From Amphiscolops sp. MND2022 (taxonomy: Eukaryota), in contig OZ076409.1 of the NCBI GenBank assembly GCA_964187785.1, positions 76,386,001 to 76,450,000 of the forward strand: a stretch of DNA of 64,000 bases. Reading direction: 5' to 3'. Positions 27,001 to 39,500 of the stretch are shown here, in pieces. The position numbers were made by a program, and so were the translations under genes. A model generated the notes under the pieces. The model was not told the origin of the DNA. It worked only from the letters and a program-made list of their open reading frames with translations, and searched no databases. Position 1 is the first letter of the stretch, and every line of letters begins with the position of its first letter.

Positions 27001-30000
27001 TGCCGATTTATCTCTGCCGTTTTTGCCCAAATTTTTTTTGAGACACTCTCCTAAAGACCTCCCCTGGCCGGTTTACCTCCCAGAAAAACCATTTGGCCCT
27101 AAATACGAAGTTTCAGCGTTCTAGCATTCCCGGGCAAAAAGTTGTGGGACTTAGAATAGTTTTTATGGTAACGCAAAATGTGTAAAGTCAACTTCAGGCC
27201 TCCCAAAGTCAAAGAACTTCCACACAACTAGGATTGCAAGTGGGTGCATGTGGAAAGTACTTGGATAGACGAGAAAAATGAGCTATAGAACGACTCTGTA
27301 GCTTAACTTGACGTTGACTTATGACAATTTTAGTGTGAGCTTGCTATTTGGTGTAAAAATTCAAATGATGAAAATCGAAGCTAAGTCTCATCCAAAACTC
27401 ATCGGAATACGTTCAATGCATCCCAAAGCGGATTAATTCGAGATGTTTAGTGCAGCAACACCATTCAAGACCATTTGACCCATTTTTATAAGTTTTGACA
27501 ACGTATTATTCATACGAGAGCACGAAACAGTTGAGTACATTCCATCTCCCTTTCGGGGGAGATGAGAATGTACTCGCTAAAGTCCAGGTACTACAGCCCA
27601 TATTTGCTTTTATGCGACGCTCTTATGCTAGTGCGCATACTTTTTAATCGTTTAACTGAATTTTCTTCTGTCTGCACTTTGACTTTGACTTGACATATAG
27701 TGAACGTTTTGTCTTACAACTTACAAATGAGTAACGTCAACGCCCCATCCTTGCATCAACGCCCACCGTCCGTGGGCATGCCGAGGCATGCCCTTCGACG
27801 ACGTATGCCAAGATATATCCCAAGCGCGGTAGCAGCTAGGTGCCGGGATTTCTATTCGATAAGGAATTTTGCGCGGTTGGGTAGGGCCCCGTGAGCGCGC
27901 CAGGGGATAGTGTTAGAACAACAAGGATTTGGGCATCAGTTGGGAGCGATTTTCTAAACTATCCGTACGATTTTGCTCAAATTTGGCACGAAGCTTCCTT
28001 GGAACTTTCTAAGAACAAATCCCTACTGGCGTTTTGCTGGGAAAAATCAAAAAGTTGGTCAAAAATGCGATTTTCCGACAAAATTTTGGGGTAAAATTTT
28101 TTTGAAACGTTATATCTCGCCACAGGGTCACGCTAGCGCCTCGCAACCTATGATCGTGTTTTGTTGGGCGTTGTCTGTAGAACACGTATGCCAAATTTGG
28201 TGGCGATCGGACTTAAACTCAGGGAGATATAGCGATTTTTTAGGTGCATTTTTTGACATTTTTTGCGTTTGCCGATTTATCTCTGCCGTTTTTTGCCCAG
28301 ATTTTTTTTGAGACCCTCTCCTAAAGACCTCCCCTGGCCGGTTTACCTCCCAGCAAAACCATTTGGCCCTAAATACGAAGTTTCAGCGTTCTAGCATTCC
28401 CGGGCGAAAAGTTGTGGGACTTAGAAAATTTTTTTGGAAACGCAAAATGTGTAAAGTCAACTTCTGGCCTCCCAAAGTCAAGGAACTTCCACACAACTAG
28501 TATTGCAAGTGAATGCATGTGGAGAGTACTTGAATAGACGAGGAAAATGGGCTGTAGAACGTCTCTCTAGCTTAACCTGACGTTGACTTATGACCTTTTG
28601 AGTGTGAGCTTGCTATGCGAGAAAAAATGCAAAACAAGAAAATGGAAGCAAAGTATCGTCGAAAACCCATCATAAGATGTTCAACTCATCCTAGAGCGGT
28701 TTATTTACAGTTGTTTAGTAGAGCAACACCATTTATGATCATGTGACCCATTTTTATGGGGAATGAGATTGTCTTATTCATCCGATAGCCCAAAGCAGTT
28801 GAGTACATTCCATCTCACCTCCGTGTGAGATGAGAATGTACTAGCTAAAGTCCAGGTACTACAGCCCATATTGGTTTTATGCGACGCTCTGTATGCAAAT
28901 GAGCATTCTTGAAATTTTTTTAGCTGATATTTTTTTAAACTGCACTTTGACTCTGACCTGACATACTGAATATTTAGTCCTTATAACATACACATAATTA
29001 ACGTCAACGCCCCATCCTTGCATCAACGCCCACCGTCCGTGGGCATGCCGAGGCATGCCCTTCGACGACGCGCACCAAAATATTCCCCGAGCGCGTTAGC
29101 CTAGGTGCCGGGATTTCTATTCGATAAAGTATTTTGCGCGGTTGGGTAGGGCCCCGTGAGCGCGCCAGGGGATTGTGTTAGAACAACCGGAAATTCGGCA
29201 TACGATTTTGGCGATTTTCTAAACTATCCATACGATTTGGCTGAAATTTGGCATACGGGTTCCTGAGACAGATATAAGAACTAATTCCTACTGGCGTTTT
29301 GCCCGGAAAATTTTTTTTGTTGCCCAAAATTGAAATTTTCGGCAAAAAAATGCGATTTTTTTTGAAAAATTTTTTTTGAGAGGCCATATCTTTTTTCAGG
29401 GTGCCCGGAGCGGGACGCGTTAAACTGATTATAAACTCTACGGTTCATGGGCTTTACGGAGAACCTAAGCTCGTTTCGCTCGGACAAATAGTCTTGGAGA
29501 TATAACGGGATTTTTCGGGAATTTTTTGAAAATTTTTCTAACGGTCCAGCTTATCTTTGCCATTTTTTCAAAAATGCACTCGCCTAAAGGCCTCCCCTGG
29601 CCGGTTTTATTCCCAGCAAAACCATTTGGCCCTAAATACGGAGTTTCAGCGTTCCAGCATTCCCGGGCGAAAAGTTGTGGGACTTAGAAAAATTTCAAAA
29701 TTTTTCAAAAAAATTTTTTCCGTTTTCCGCCCTCCCCCCCGAGGGGAAAAGACCCCCCAACCAGTAATTTGAGTGAATTCATGTGGAAAGGCCATGTTTA
29801 GAGGAGAAAAATGCCGTTTAGATCGTCTTTTTATTTTAACCTGTCGTTGACTTATGTTGTTTTGAAGGTGATGTTTGAATGTGTGAAGCATGTGAAAAGG
29901 TAATTTATTGTGTCTTTAGCTCTTCTAAAAGCCATTGAGATACAAGGTGTAGCACTCAGAACGTGTTTAATTCTAAATTAGCAATGCATCAACACTTTTT

Positions 30001-32972
30001 GTGTCTTTGGACTCTGTTAAAAAATTTTTTCCGACTAAAATCAAAAATTATTTATAATTATTCACATTTTTTTCTGATCTCATGACTCGAAACAGTTGAG
30101 TACATTCCATCTCCCTTCCCGGGGGAGATGAGAATGTACTCTCTAAAGACCAGGTACTACAGTACTTACCTTCCCCGAGCAACGCCCCATAAAAATTGCG
30201 TTTTGATCATTCTATTTTGACATAATTCTATCTTTGTAATTTAACTGGAAATGAAGAAAATCCGCACGTGCTCTTTTATATCAAGTATCTTAACAACGCC
30301 ATCTCTTTAACGTCAACGCCCCATAGTTCACATCAACGCCCACCGTCCGTGGGCATGCCGAGGCATGCCCTTCGACGACGTATGCCAAAGATATTCCCGA
30401 GCGCGTTAGCCTAGGTGCCGGGATTACTATTCGATAAGGAATTTTGCGCGGTTGGGTAGGGCCCCGTGAGCGCGCCAGGGGATAGTGTTAGAACAACAAG
30501 GATTTGGGCATCAGTTGGGAGCGATTTTCTAAACTATCCGTACGATTTTGCTGAAATTTGGCACGAAGCTTCCTTGGAACATTCTAAGAACAAATCCCTA
30601 CTGGCGTTTTGCTGGGAAAAATCAAAAAGTTGGTCAAAAATGCGATTTTCCGACAAAATTTTGGGGTAAAATTTTTTTGAAACGTTATATCTCGCCACAG
30701 GGTCACGCTAGCGCCTCGCAACCTATGATCGTGTTTTGTTGGGCGTTGTCTGTAGAACACGTATGCCAAATTTGGTGGCGATCGGACTTAAACTCAGGGA
30801 GATATAGCGATTTTTTAGGTGCATTTTTTGACATTTTTTGCATTTGCCGATTTATCTCTGCCGTTTTTGCCCAAATTTTTTTTGAGACACTCTCCTAAAG
30901 ACCTCCCCTGGCCGGTTTACCTCCCAAAAAAACCATTTGGCCCTAAATACGAAGTTTCAGCGTTCTAGCATTCCCGGGCAAAAAGTTGTGGGACTTAGAA
31001 TAGTTTTTATGGTAACGCAAAATGTGTAAAGTCAACTTCAGGCCTCCCAAAGTCAAAGAACTTCCACACAACTAGGATTGCAAGTGGGTGCATGTGGAAA
31101 GTACTCGGATAGACGAGAAAAATGAGCTATAGAACGACTCTGTAGCTTAACTTGACGTTGACTTATGACAATTTTAGTGTGAGCTTGCTATTTGGTGTAA
31201 AAATTCAAATGATGAAAATCGAAGCTAAGTCTCATCCAAAACTCATCGGAATACGTTCAATGCATCCCAAAGCGGATTAATTCGAGATGTTTAGTGCAGC
31301 AACACCATTCAAGACCATTTGACCCATTTTTATAAGTTTTGACAACGTATTATTCATACGAGAGCACGAAACAGTTGAGTACATTCCATCTCCCTTTCGG
31401 GGGAGATGAGAATGTACTCGCTAAAGTCCAGGTACTACAGCCCATATTTGCTTTTATGCGACGCTCTTATGCTAGTGCGCATACTTTTTAATCGTTTAAC
31501 TGAATTTTCTTCTGTCTGCACTTTGACTTTGACTTGACATATAGTGAACGTTTTGTCTTACAACTTACAAATGAGTAACGTCAACGCCCCATCCTTGCAT
31601 CAACGCCCACCGTCCGTGGGCATGCCGAGGCATGCCCTTCGACGACGTATGCCAAGATATATCCCAAGCGCGGTAGCAGCTAGGTGCCGGGATTTCTATT
31701 CGATAAAGTATGTGGCGCGCCTTGGGTAGGGTCCCTTGCGCGCTCTTGGGTATGGTGTTCACCAGCTAGGAAATAGGGGTCGATTTTTCGGGATCTCCTA
31801 AACTAGCCACACGATTTGGCTGAAATTTGGCACACGTACTCCCCTCGGCACGGTGAAGATGATTTCCTACTGACGTTTTTCCCGCAAAATTTTTTTTGTT
31901 GTCCAAAATAACGGTTTTTGGGGTAAAATTTTGAATTTTTTTTAAATTTTATCTTATATCTCGCCACGGGTTTACGCTAGCGCTTCAAAACCCTGCTAAA
32001 GAAAGCTTGCAAACTGTCTCAGGAATGCGGTGTGAAATTTTCAGCTCAATCGGACTCAAACTCGGGGAGATATAGCGTTTTTCCGGAGCGGGGGGGTTTC
32101 ATTTTTCTAACGGTCCAGCTTATCTTAGCCATTTTTTCGAAAATGTACTCGCCTAAAGACCTCCCCTGGCCGGTTTTATTCCCAGCAAAACCATTTGGCC
32201 CTAAATACGGAGTTTCAGCGTTCCAGCATTCCCGGGCGAAAAGTTGTGGGACTTAGAAAAATTCAAAAACTTTCAAAAAATTTTTTTTCGGTTTTCCGCC
32301 CTCCCCCCCGAGGGGAAAAGACCCCCCAACCAGTAATTTGAGTGAATTCATGTGGAAAGGCCATGTTTAGAGGAGAAAAATCCCGTTTAGATCGTCTTTT
32401 TATCTTTATTCAACGTTGACTTATGACGTTTTGAAGGTGATGTTTGGAGGTGTGAAGCACGTGAAAAGTAAACGTTATGAGTATTTATCTGATCTGAAAG
32501 CCATTGAGATGCAATCTGTTTTGCTCAAAATGTAATTCATTTCTGTTTGGTAGTCAATCAACACCCTTTGTTGTCATTTGACATCTTTTTTTGTTGATAT
32601 AAGAAAAAATTTTGTGTATTTATTCATTTTTTTCTCATCAAATAACTTGAAACAGTTGAGTACATTCCATCCCCCCTTCACGGGGGAGATGAGAATGTAC
32701 TCGCAAAAAGCCCCAAACTACGGCCCTTACCTTCCTGAGCTACGCAGTATAAAGATTGCATATTGGTTCCGACATTTTCATAGAGTTAAATCTTGGTAAT
32801 CTGTCTGGATATGCAGAAAAACCAGCACGTGCTTTTTTATACCAAGTTGCTCACAACGACAATTATTTTATATCAACGCCCCCATATTTATCAACGCCCC
32901 CCGTCCGTGGGCATGCCGAGGCATGCCCTTCGACGACGTATACCAAGATATACATCGAGCGCGTTAGCCTAG
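24007..32972 (+). mobile_element. Seven family-B non-autonomous units (1265-1310 bp)
   Basis: Units 24007-25292, 25293-26570, 26571-27839, 27840-29104, 29105-30414, 30415-31683 and 31684-32972. All start GTGCCGGGATT. 26571 and 30415 are near-identical; 24007 and 31684 match 13707 and 49282. Confidence 0.85.
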
Positions 32973-35506
32973 GTGGTCGGTATTCTTTACTACCTCATGC
33001 TCTGAGGGCGGGGTAGGGCCCCTCGCCCGATCCTAATCCTTAGGATTTTAAACATAAGGCCAATAATCCAGATATTGGCGATCTCGAAAACTAACCTTAC
33101 GATTTGGCTGAAATTTTGCATGCGGCTCCCTATGACAGATATAAGAACAAATCCCTTCTGGCATTTTGCTGGGAAAATTCAGTTTTTGGGTCAAAATCAC
33201 TATTTTAGGTCCAAAAAATGGCGTTTTTTCGGAAAATTTTTTTTCAAGAGCCAATATCTCGCTCCCAGGTGCTCGGAGCGGGTCGCATGTGGACGTCGAT
33301 ATTGCTAGGCACTTCGTAAGGAGTCCGTAGACAAATTTTCGTACAGATCGGATGAAAATTGACTTAGTAATAAAAAACTTTGATTTGCATTTTTTCGAAA
33401 ATTTATGAAATCCTAGTGTATCTCTGCCGTTTTTTGCCCAGATTTTTTTCCAGGACCTCTCCTAAAGGCCTCCCCTGGCCGGTTTACCTCCCAGAAAAAC
33501 CATTTGGCCCTTTTGCCGCAGTTTCAGCAATCCAGGATTCCCCGGGTAAAAGTAAAATGACTTAGAATTTTTTCGAAAAATTTTCAAATTTTTTTTTTCA
33601 ACTTTAGGCCTCCCAAAGTCAAGAAACGTCCACACAACTAGTATTGCAAGTGATTGCATGTGGAAAGTGCTCGAATAGACGAGAAAAATGAGCTATTATA
33701 AACCTCTGTAGGTCAACCTGACGTTGACTTATGACAATTTTAGTGTGAGCTTGCTAAGTGACAAAAAATTTCAAAAATTGAAAATCGAAGCATAGTCTCA
33801 TCCAAACTCCTCGGAATACGTTCAATCCAAGCCAGAGCGGATTAAATCCAGCTATATAGTGCAGCAACACCATTCAAGTTGTTTTTGACTCCTTTTAATA
33901 AGTTTTGACACTGTCTTATTCATCCGAATGTTCGAAACAGTCAAGTACATTCCATCTCCCTTTAGGGAGATGGTAATGTACTCACCAAAAACCAAGTAAT
34001 ATTGCCCTTTTTATACCTGGAAAGGCCCTAGAAATGCAGTAGCGTGAGCTCCAGGTCGTTTGCAGTAGCCTTCACGTGTGTTGTGACTTTGCTATAAAAC
34101 TAACTATGTTACTAAAAGTGAAAAAAATTTCTCTTCAAAAAACTATTATATTTACACGTTTTGTTGTCAAATACAACTACTAAACAAATAGCGCCCCCTT
34201 GTCTACTGTTCAACCGTGCACGTCTAGGTGGTCCGGTACACTACCAACAAAACATTGTCGCGAGCAACGGGGAGGGTCCTGTAGCGAGCTTTATAGGAAA
34301 AAAACGGCGGAGCATATATACTAGGCAACATCGGCACTTTTACCCACGATCTCTGAAATGAACCATACGATCCGGCTCAAAATTTGCATACGGCTTCCTC
34401 TAGCGATTCTAAGAACTTTTCCCTACTGGCATTTTGCCCGGAAAATTCAAAAAGTGGGTCAAAATCTTAGTTTTTTGGTCGAAAAATGGCGTTTTTTTGG
34501 AAAAAATTTTTTTAAGAGCCCATATCTCGCTCCCAGGTGCTCGGAGCGGGTCGCATGTGGACGTTGATATTGCTGGGCACTTCTTAAGGAGTCCGTAGAC
34601 AAATTTTCGTACAGATCGGATGAAAATTGACTGAGTAATAGCCGCAAATCCGACGAATTTTTCAGAAAATTTTGGTACACCTAGTCTATCTCTGCCGTTT
34701 TTTGCCCAGATTTTTTTCCAGGACCTCTCCTAAAGGCCTCCCCTGGCCGGTTTACCTCCCAGAAAAACCATTTGGCCCTTTTGCCGCAGTTTCAGCGTTC
34801 CAGGATTCCCCGGGTAAAAGATAAATGACTTAGAATTTTTTCGAAAATTTTTCAAAATTTTTTTTTCAACTTCAGGCCCCCCAAAGTCAAGAAACTTCCA
34901 CACAACTAGTATTGCAAGTGAATGCATGTGGAAAGTGCTCGAATAGACGAGAAAAATGAGCTATTATAAAGTTCTGTAGCTTAACCTGACGTTGACTTAT
35001 GACAATTTTAGTGTGAGCTTGCTATGTGAGAAAAAATTTCATAAATTGAAAATCGAAGCTAAGTCTCATCGGAATACGTTCAGTGGACCCCAGCGCTGTT
35101 TAAATGCCGCTGTTTAGTGCAGCAACGCCCTTTAAGGTCATTTGATCCATTTTTTACAGGTTTTGACACCGTCTTATCCATTCGAAAGTTCGAAAGAGTT
35201 GTGTACATTCCATCTCCCCCCTTCTATGGGGGAGATGGTAATGTACACGCAAAAAGCCAAGTACTACTGTTCTTTTTATACTTGGAGTGGCCTCGGCAAT
35301 GCAGTAGCGGGAGCTCCAGGTCGTTTGCCGTAGCCTTATTGTCTGTTTAGACTTTGCTACAACAGAAACTATGTTACTGATCATGAAAAAGATTGTTTCA
35401 ATCCAAATGTTTTTTCAAATAATAATACCAAATAACACATGTCCATATATCCACTATTGCCACTAAATACTGGCGCATCGTCGCACAACGAAGCCTGCAG
35501 CGCTAG
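32973..35506 (+). mobile_element. Two family-C non-autonomous units (1255 and 1279 bp)
   Basis: 32973-34227 ends GTTCAACCGTGCACGTCTAG, like the autonomous element. 34228-35506 is a C1 copy. Confidence 0.85.
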
Positions 35507-36321
35507 GTGCCAATCCCCCCCGGGATGCCACAACTTCGAGGGCGGGGTAGGGCCCCCTGCCCGAGTCCAAATCCAACGGCGCTAAACTTCGCGCCTATAA
35601 CGTAAGGCGTTTTCCATTTCTAGAGGCGATCTCGAAAACGGCCCCATAGAATTGGCTCAATAGAATTTGCATACGGCTTCCTCTAGCGATTCTAAGAACT
35701 TTTCCCTACTACCGTTTTGCCCAAAAAAATTTTTTTGTTGACTTATAGACAATTTTAGGTGCCGAAAATGGCGTTTTTTCGAAAAATTTTTTTTCAAGAG
35801 CCCATATCTCGCTCCCAGGTGCTCGGAGCGGGTCGCATGTGGACGTCGATATTGCTAGGCACTTCGTAAGGAGTCCGTAGACAAATTTTCGTACAGATCG
35901 GATGAAAATTGACTTAGTAATAAAAAACTTTGATTTGCATTTTTTCGAAAATTTATGAAATCCCAGTGTATCTCTGCCGTTTTTTGCCCAGATTTTTTCC
36001 AGGACCTCTCCTAAAGACCTCCCCTGGCCGGTTTACCTCCCAGAAAAACCATTTGGCCCTTTTGCCGCAGTTTCAGCGTTCCAGAATTCCCCGGGTAAAA
36101 GTAAAATGACTTAGAATTTTTTCGAAAAATTTTCAAAAAATTTTTTTTCAACTTCAAGCCTCCCAAAGTCAAGAAACTTCCACACAACTAATATTGCAAG
36201 TGGATGCATGTGGAAAGTGCTCGAATAGACGAGAAAAATGAGCTATTATAAAAGTCTGTAGCTTAACCTGACGTTGACTTATGACAATTTTGAGTATAAG
36301 TGAATTTTAAATTCATGGTAT

Positions 36322-36457
36322 TTCTAACTAATTTTTTTTCTTTTTCCAGGTGTCGGAGTTAACTTTTCTGCGTACAGGTAATGTTTAGTTACAGGTTACG
36401 TCTGGTAAGTTTGCGGTAGGGTTGTGAGCAGCGAATTATGTTTGAATGAATTTCCAG
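36322..36457 (+). other. Candidate 5'-UTR splice signals upstream of RepHel
   Basis: TTCTAAC branch-like site plus polypyrimidine tract and CAG ending at 36349. Donors GTAATG at 36378 and GTAAGT at 36405. Acceptor TTTCCAG ending at 36457. Confidence 0.5.
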
Positions 36458-36544
36458 TTATCCTTAATCTTTGTCATGAAGCGATGCCTTTCTCTGGTGA
36501 TGTCTAACACAACAGCGTTTTTTAAGATTTGATTTGCATTGATT

Positions 36545-39500
36545 ATGTCGCGTGGTCGACCAACTGGAAGCAGAGGTAGAGGCAGGCGTGCCACCAATCG
36601 GAATCGATGCCCAATTCACAATATCTTTCTCTCTGGCGAAGTATGCAGAAGATGCGAGGAGATACAGCAGTTTGAGGAACAGCAAGAGATGCGCGTAGAA
36701 GCAGCTACAGATGAAATTGAAGACAGTGTCCCCTTTCCCCCAGATGTCCCCAACGGTGCTGAGACGAGACAGGAGATGTGCGCAAAGTGTTGCAGGACGA
36801 CAACGGACAATTACAGACTTGACTTTCAAACTTTACACCGTGACTCACTTCATACAACTATGTTTGGTAAAACAGTGGCAGAGATGACTGGTGAAACAGC
36901 TACTCTCTGTCAAGAATGTGTTACTTACAACAACAATGCGACTCGTCATACTGATTGGCCTAATGCCTGGCCAAGCGTTATGTATACTTTACTTTTCGAA
37001 ACTCATAGGTTTAGTTCTGACGCCGAAAAACTGTTTTACTTACTACCACATGAAATTAGACAATCTTATAAAAATCACTTCAATGTAATTCATCCAACGG
37101 TGTCTACTGATACGACTGTTTCTACTTTCAGGGATATAACAAAAGAAAAAGAACATTTTTGGCAACTTATTAACAACCGAAAAGCTAAGACTTTAGTACA
37201 AGCTCTCACTAATTTCTGTTTCCCGAATGTTAGGTGTCCCGCGGGTTGCTTTGAATTCGTCGAGAAAGCTAATGGAATTTGCTTTGCTCATTTTCTAAAC
37301 TACCTGTACCCTACTTTTACCAGTTTTAATGCCAACAGTAGGAAATTTTTGAATGGAACACGTGATGACTTTTTGGAACCAGTTACACTTTTGCAAAAAT
37401 TTAAAATTTCTCCATGTATTATCAAAAACGAAAAAGGGTTGCAGCTTGTTACGTGTTCTGACCATAGTAAAGGCGTTCCTTTGAAATACGTACATGTACC
37501 AACTAACCCAGTTTCAGCTAATATAAGTCCGAAATTCGCAGACAGGTTAGCTCCAATGGTGTCCAGTGTTAGGACTTTTCGACCACTGAAGATCGGGTCA
37601 AAAAGTTGCACTTTCACAATGTGCCGCGTTGACAGTGGAAGGGTCAGCGGCGTAAGTTCAACTGTTCTGCACAAGTACAGGTACTTCGAGGCTCCTTATA
37701 ATAAGCTTTTGATAAAACTAGAGAAACTTTTGATAAACTTTCGCGGTGACATCAAAGACGTGATTAGAACATGTTGTAAAAATGAGGAGCTTAGTGAGAG
37801 TGCGGCTGAGCATTATTTGAATTCTTTACCACCGGTTACTTCTGCTCTTGTTGAAAAACATTGTTCAAACGCTGTTGTGTTCGACATGAACACTCTGATG
37901 AGAATGAAAGACTTTGTAGAAAGCTGTCCTGATGACATAGTAAGACAAGAAGACTTAAAAATACCTTTAGTTTTGGGACACAAGTTTGATGACTACGGGC
38001 AAGAACCCCCTTGTTTTCCTAAAGCTTTCATCGATGATACCAACATTTTTCCATTCGTTGCGGCTTTCTCCACAAACAGTTCACTCTTTCATAAACTTGT
38101 TAGCTCAGCAACAGATGATGAACATTCACAGGTTGTTTTGAGAATGTTACAAAAACTTAGACAAAACACTCGTTTACCTAAAACTAGAACCATTGAAGCA
38201 AACCTAAATCAATTTAAAAATGCTATCGTTCATCTTGTTGAAACGGAAAATGATCTATTTCTAGCCTTTTGTGAAAAATTAGAGGGTTGTTTGGTTGTAA
38301 AATGTCGACAAGCTGAAGTATCCAATTTCCTAATAGACTGCTCGAGGTATGATGTAATTTTGTTCGCTTCCTCTGCTTCCCACGGAAGAGAACATCAGAT
38401 ACCTTTCCAGTTGACTTCGATTAATGGTAAAACTTTTGATCTTACTTTAGTATCTGCTGAAGGCAAAGCTAGTGTCAGATATGGGGAGCCTTTTTACGGA
38501 TTTTGGACTTTAAAAGAAAATGGTAACAAGTTTGTAAAAGATCCAATGCTCGAATATCAATATAACCGAAACTGGAAGTTCCTAGTTTACACCTGTAGAA
38601 CCGACTTGGAAGAAAAAACAAAACTGCGTTACTTGAAATACATGGGTGGTCAAGGTATTTTCTTTTGCCGGGAACATAATTTGCCTTTAACAACTGATTA
38701 CCTTAGGAGCAATAGGAAATGTAGTGTTCCGAGAAACACCATTGGTATTTGTACTCGTAAGTCTGCGTGGCGCTGTCCTGAAAAAGAGTGCTGTGCCTCT
38801 GTTTGCAAAACTCACTTTGCCGAGTTCTGCGATAGCACCGATCGTGTTCTCGTCGATAACACACCGTCTGTTGAACCGATCAATGACAGCAGTGACGAAG
38901 AACATGATGTGCCAGCAGCTGAGGTTGACGAGCCGGTCGTGGGACACGACAACTTGTTTAATTTGGACTCTGTTCAAAGACCAGAAGAAGACCCAGAAGC
39001 AAATATGAACGAGTTCGACTGCCCTGAGTTAATTGTCGATGCGGGAGTACAGGAATCCGGCAATTTTGCTACAGACTCCGGCTGCGAACCTGTTTACTTA
39101 TGTAATGACTCCAAATTTGTGCCAATGCACGTTTTATTAAATGGTGAATGTCAGCTAATGAAACGGTTGAAGTATCCTAAGCACGTAGGCAAAAAATTTC
39201 AACGATTTTTTCAAAATTTTGTATCAACACTACCAGGTAGGTCAATTCCTTTACTTCAACCTGAGGCTTGTTTGTTCCCTAGCATTTTTTATAAACAATT
39301 AGAAGATGGGTCTTTTCCCGGCGCTTTGCCGTTTTTCCTTTACGACGACAAAAAGGCGAATTCCAAATTTGATTATGATGGCTTGCACGAACACTTAAGG
39401 TTAAGACTTAAAGACGGAACACTTCTAACATCATCAAACTTGTCATACATCATGCACGCATTCGATGCCGTTTTAAATTTATCCTTAACAAAATGCCACA

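Noticed and set aside
415..35384. Many 60-160 aa ORFs recurring within the repeat units (also 47870-62672)
   Set aside because: They often start at non-ATG codons, are broken by frameshifts or stops between near-identical copies, and show no recognisable domains. They recur only because the DNA is repeated.
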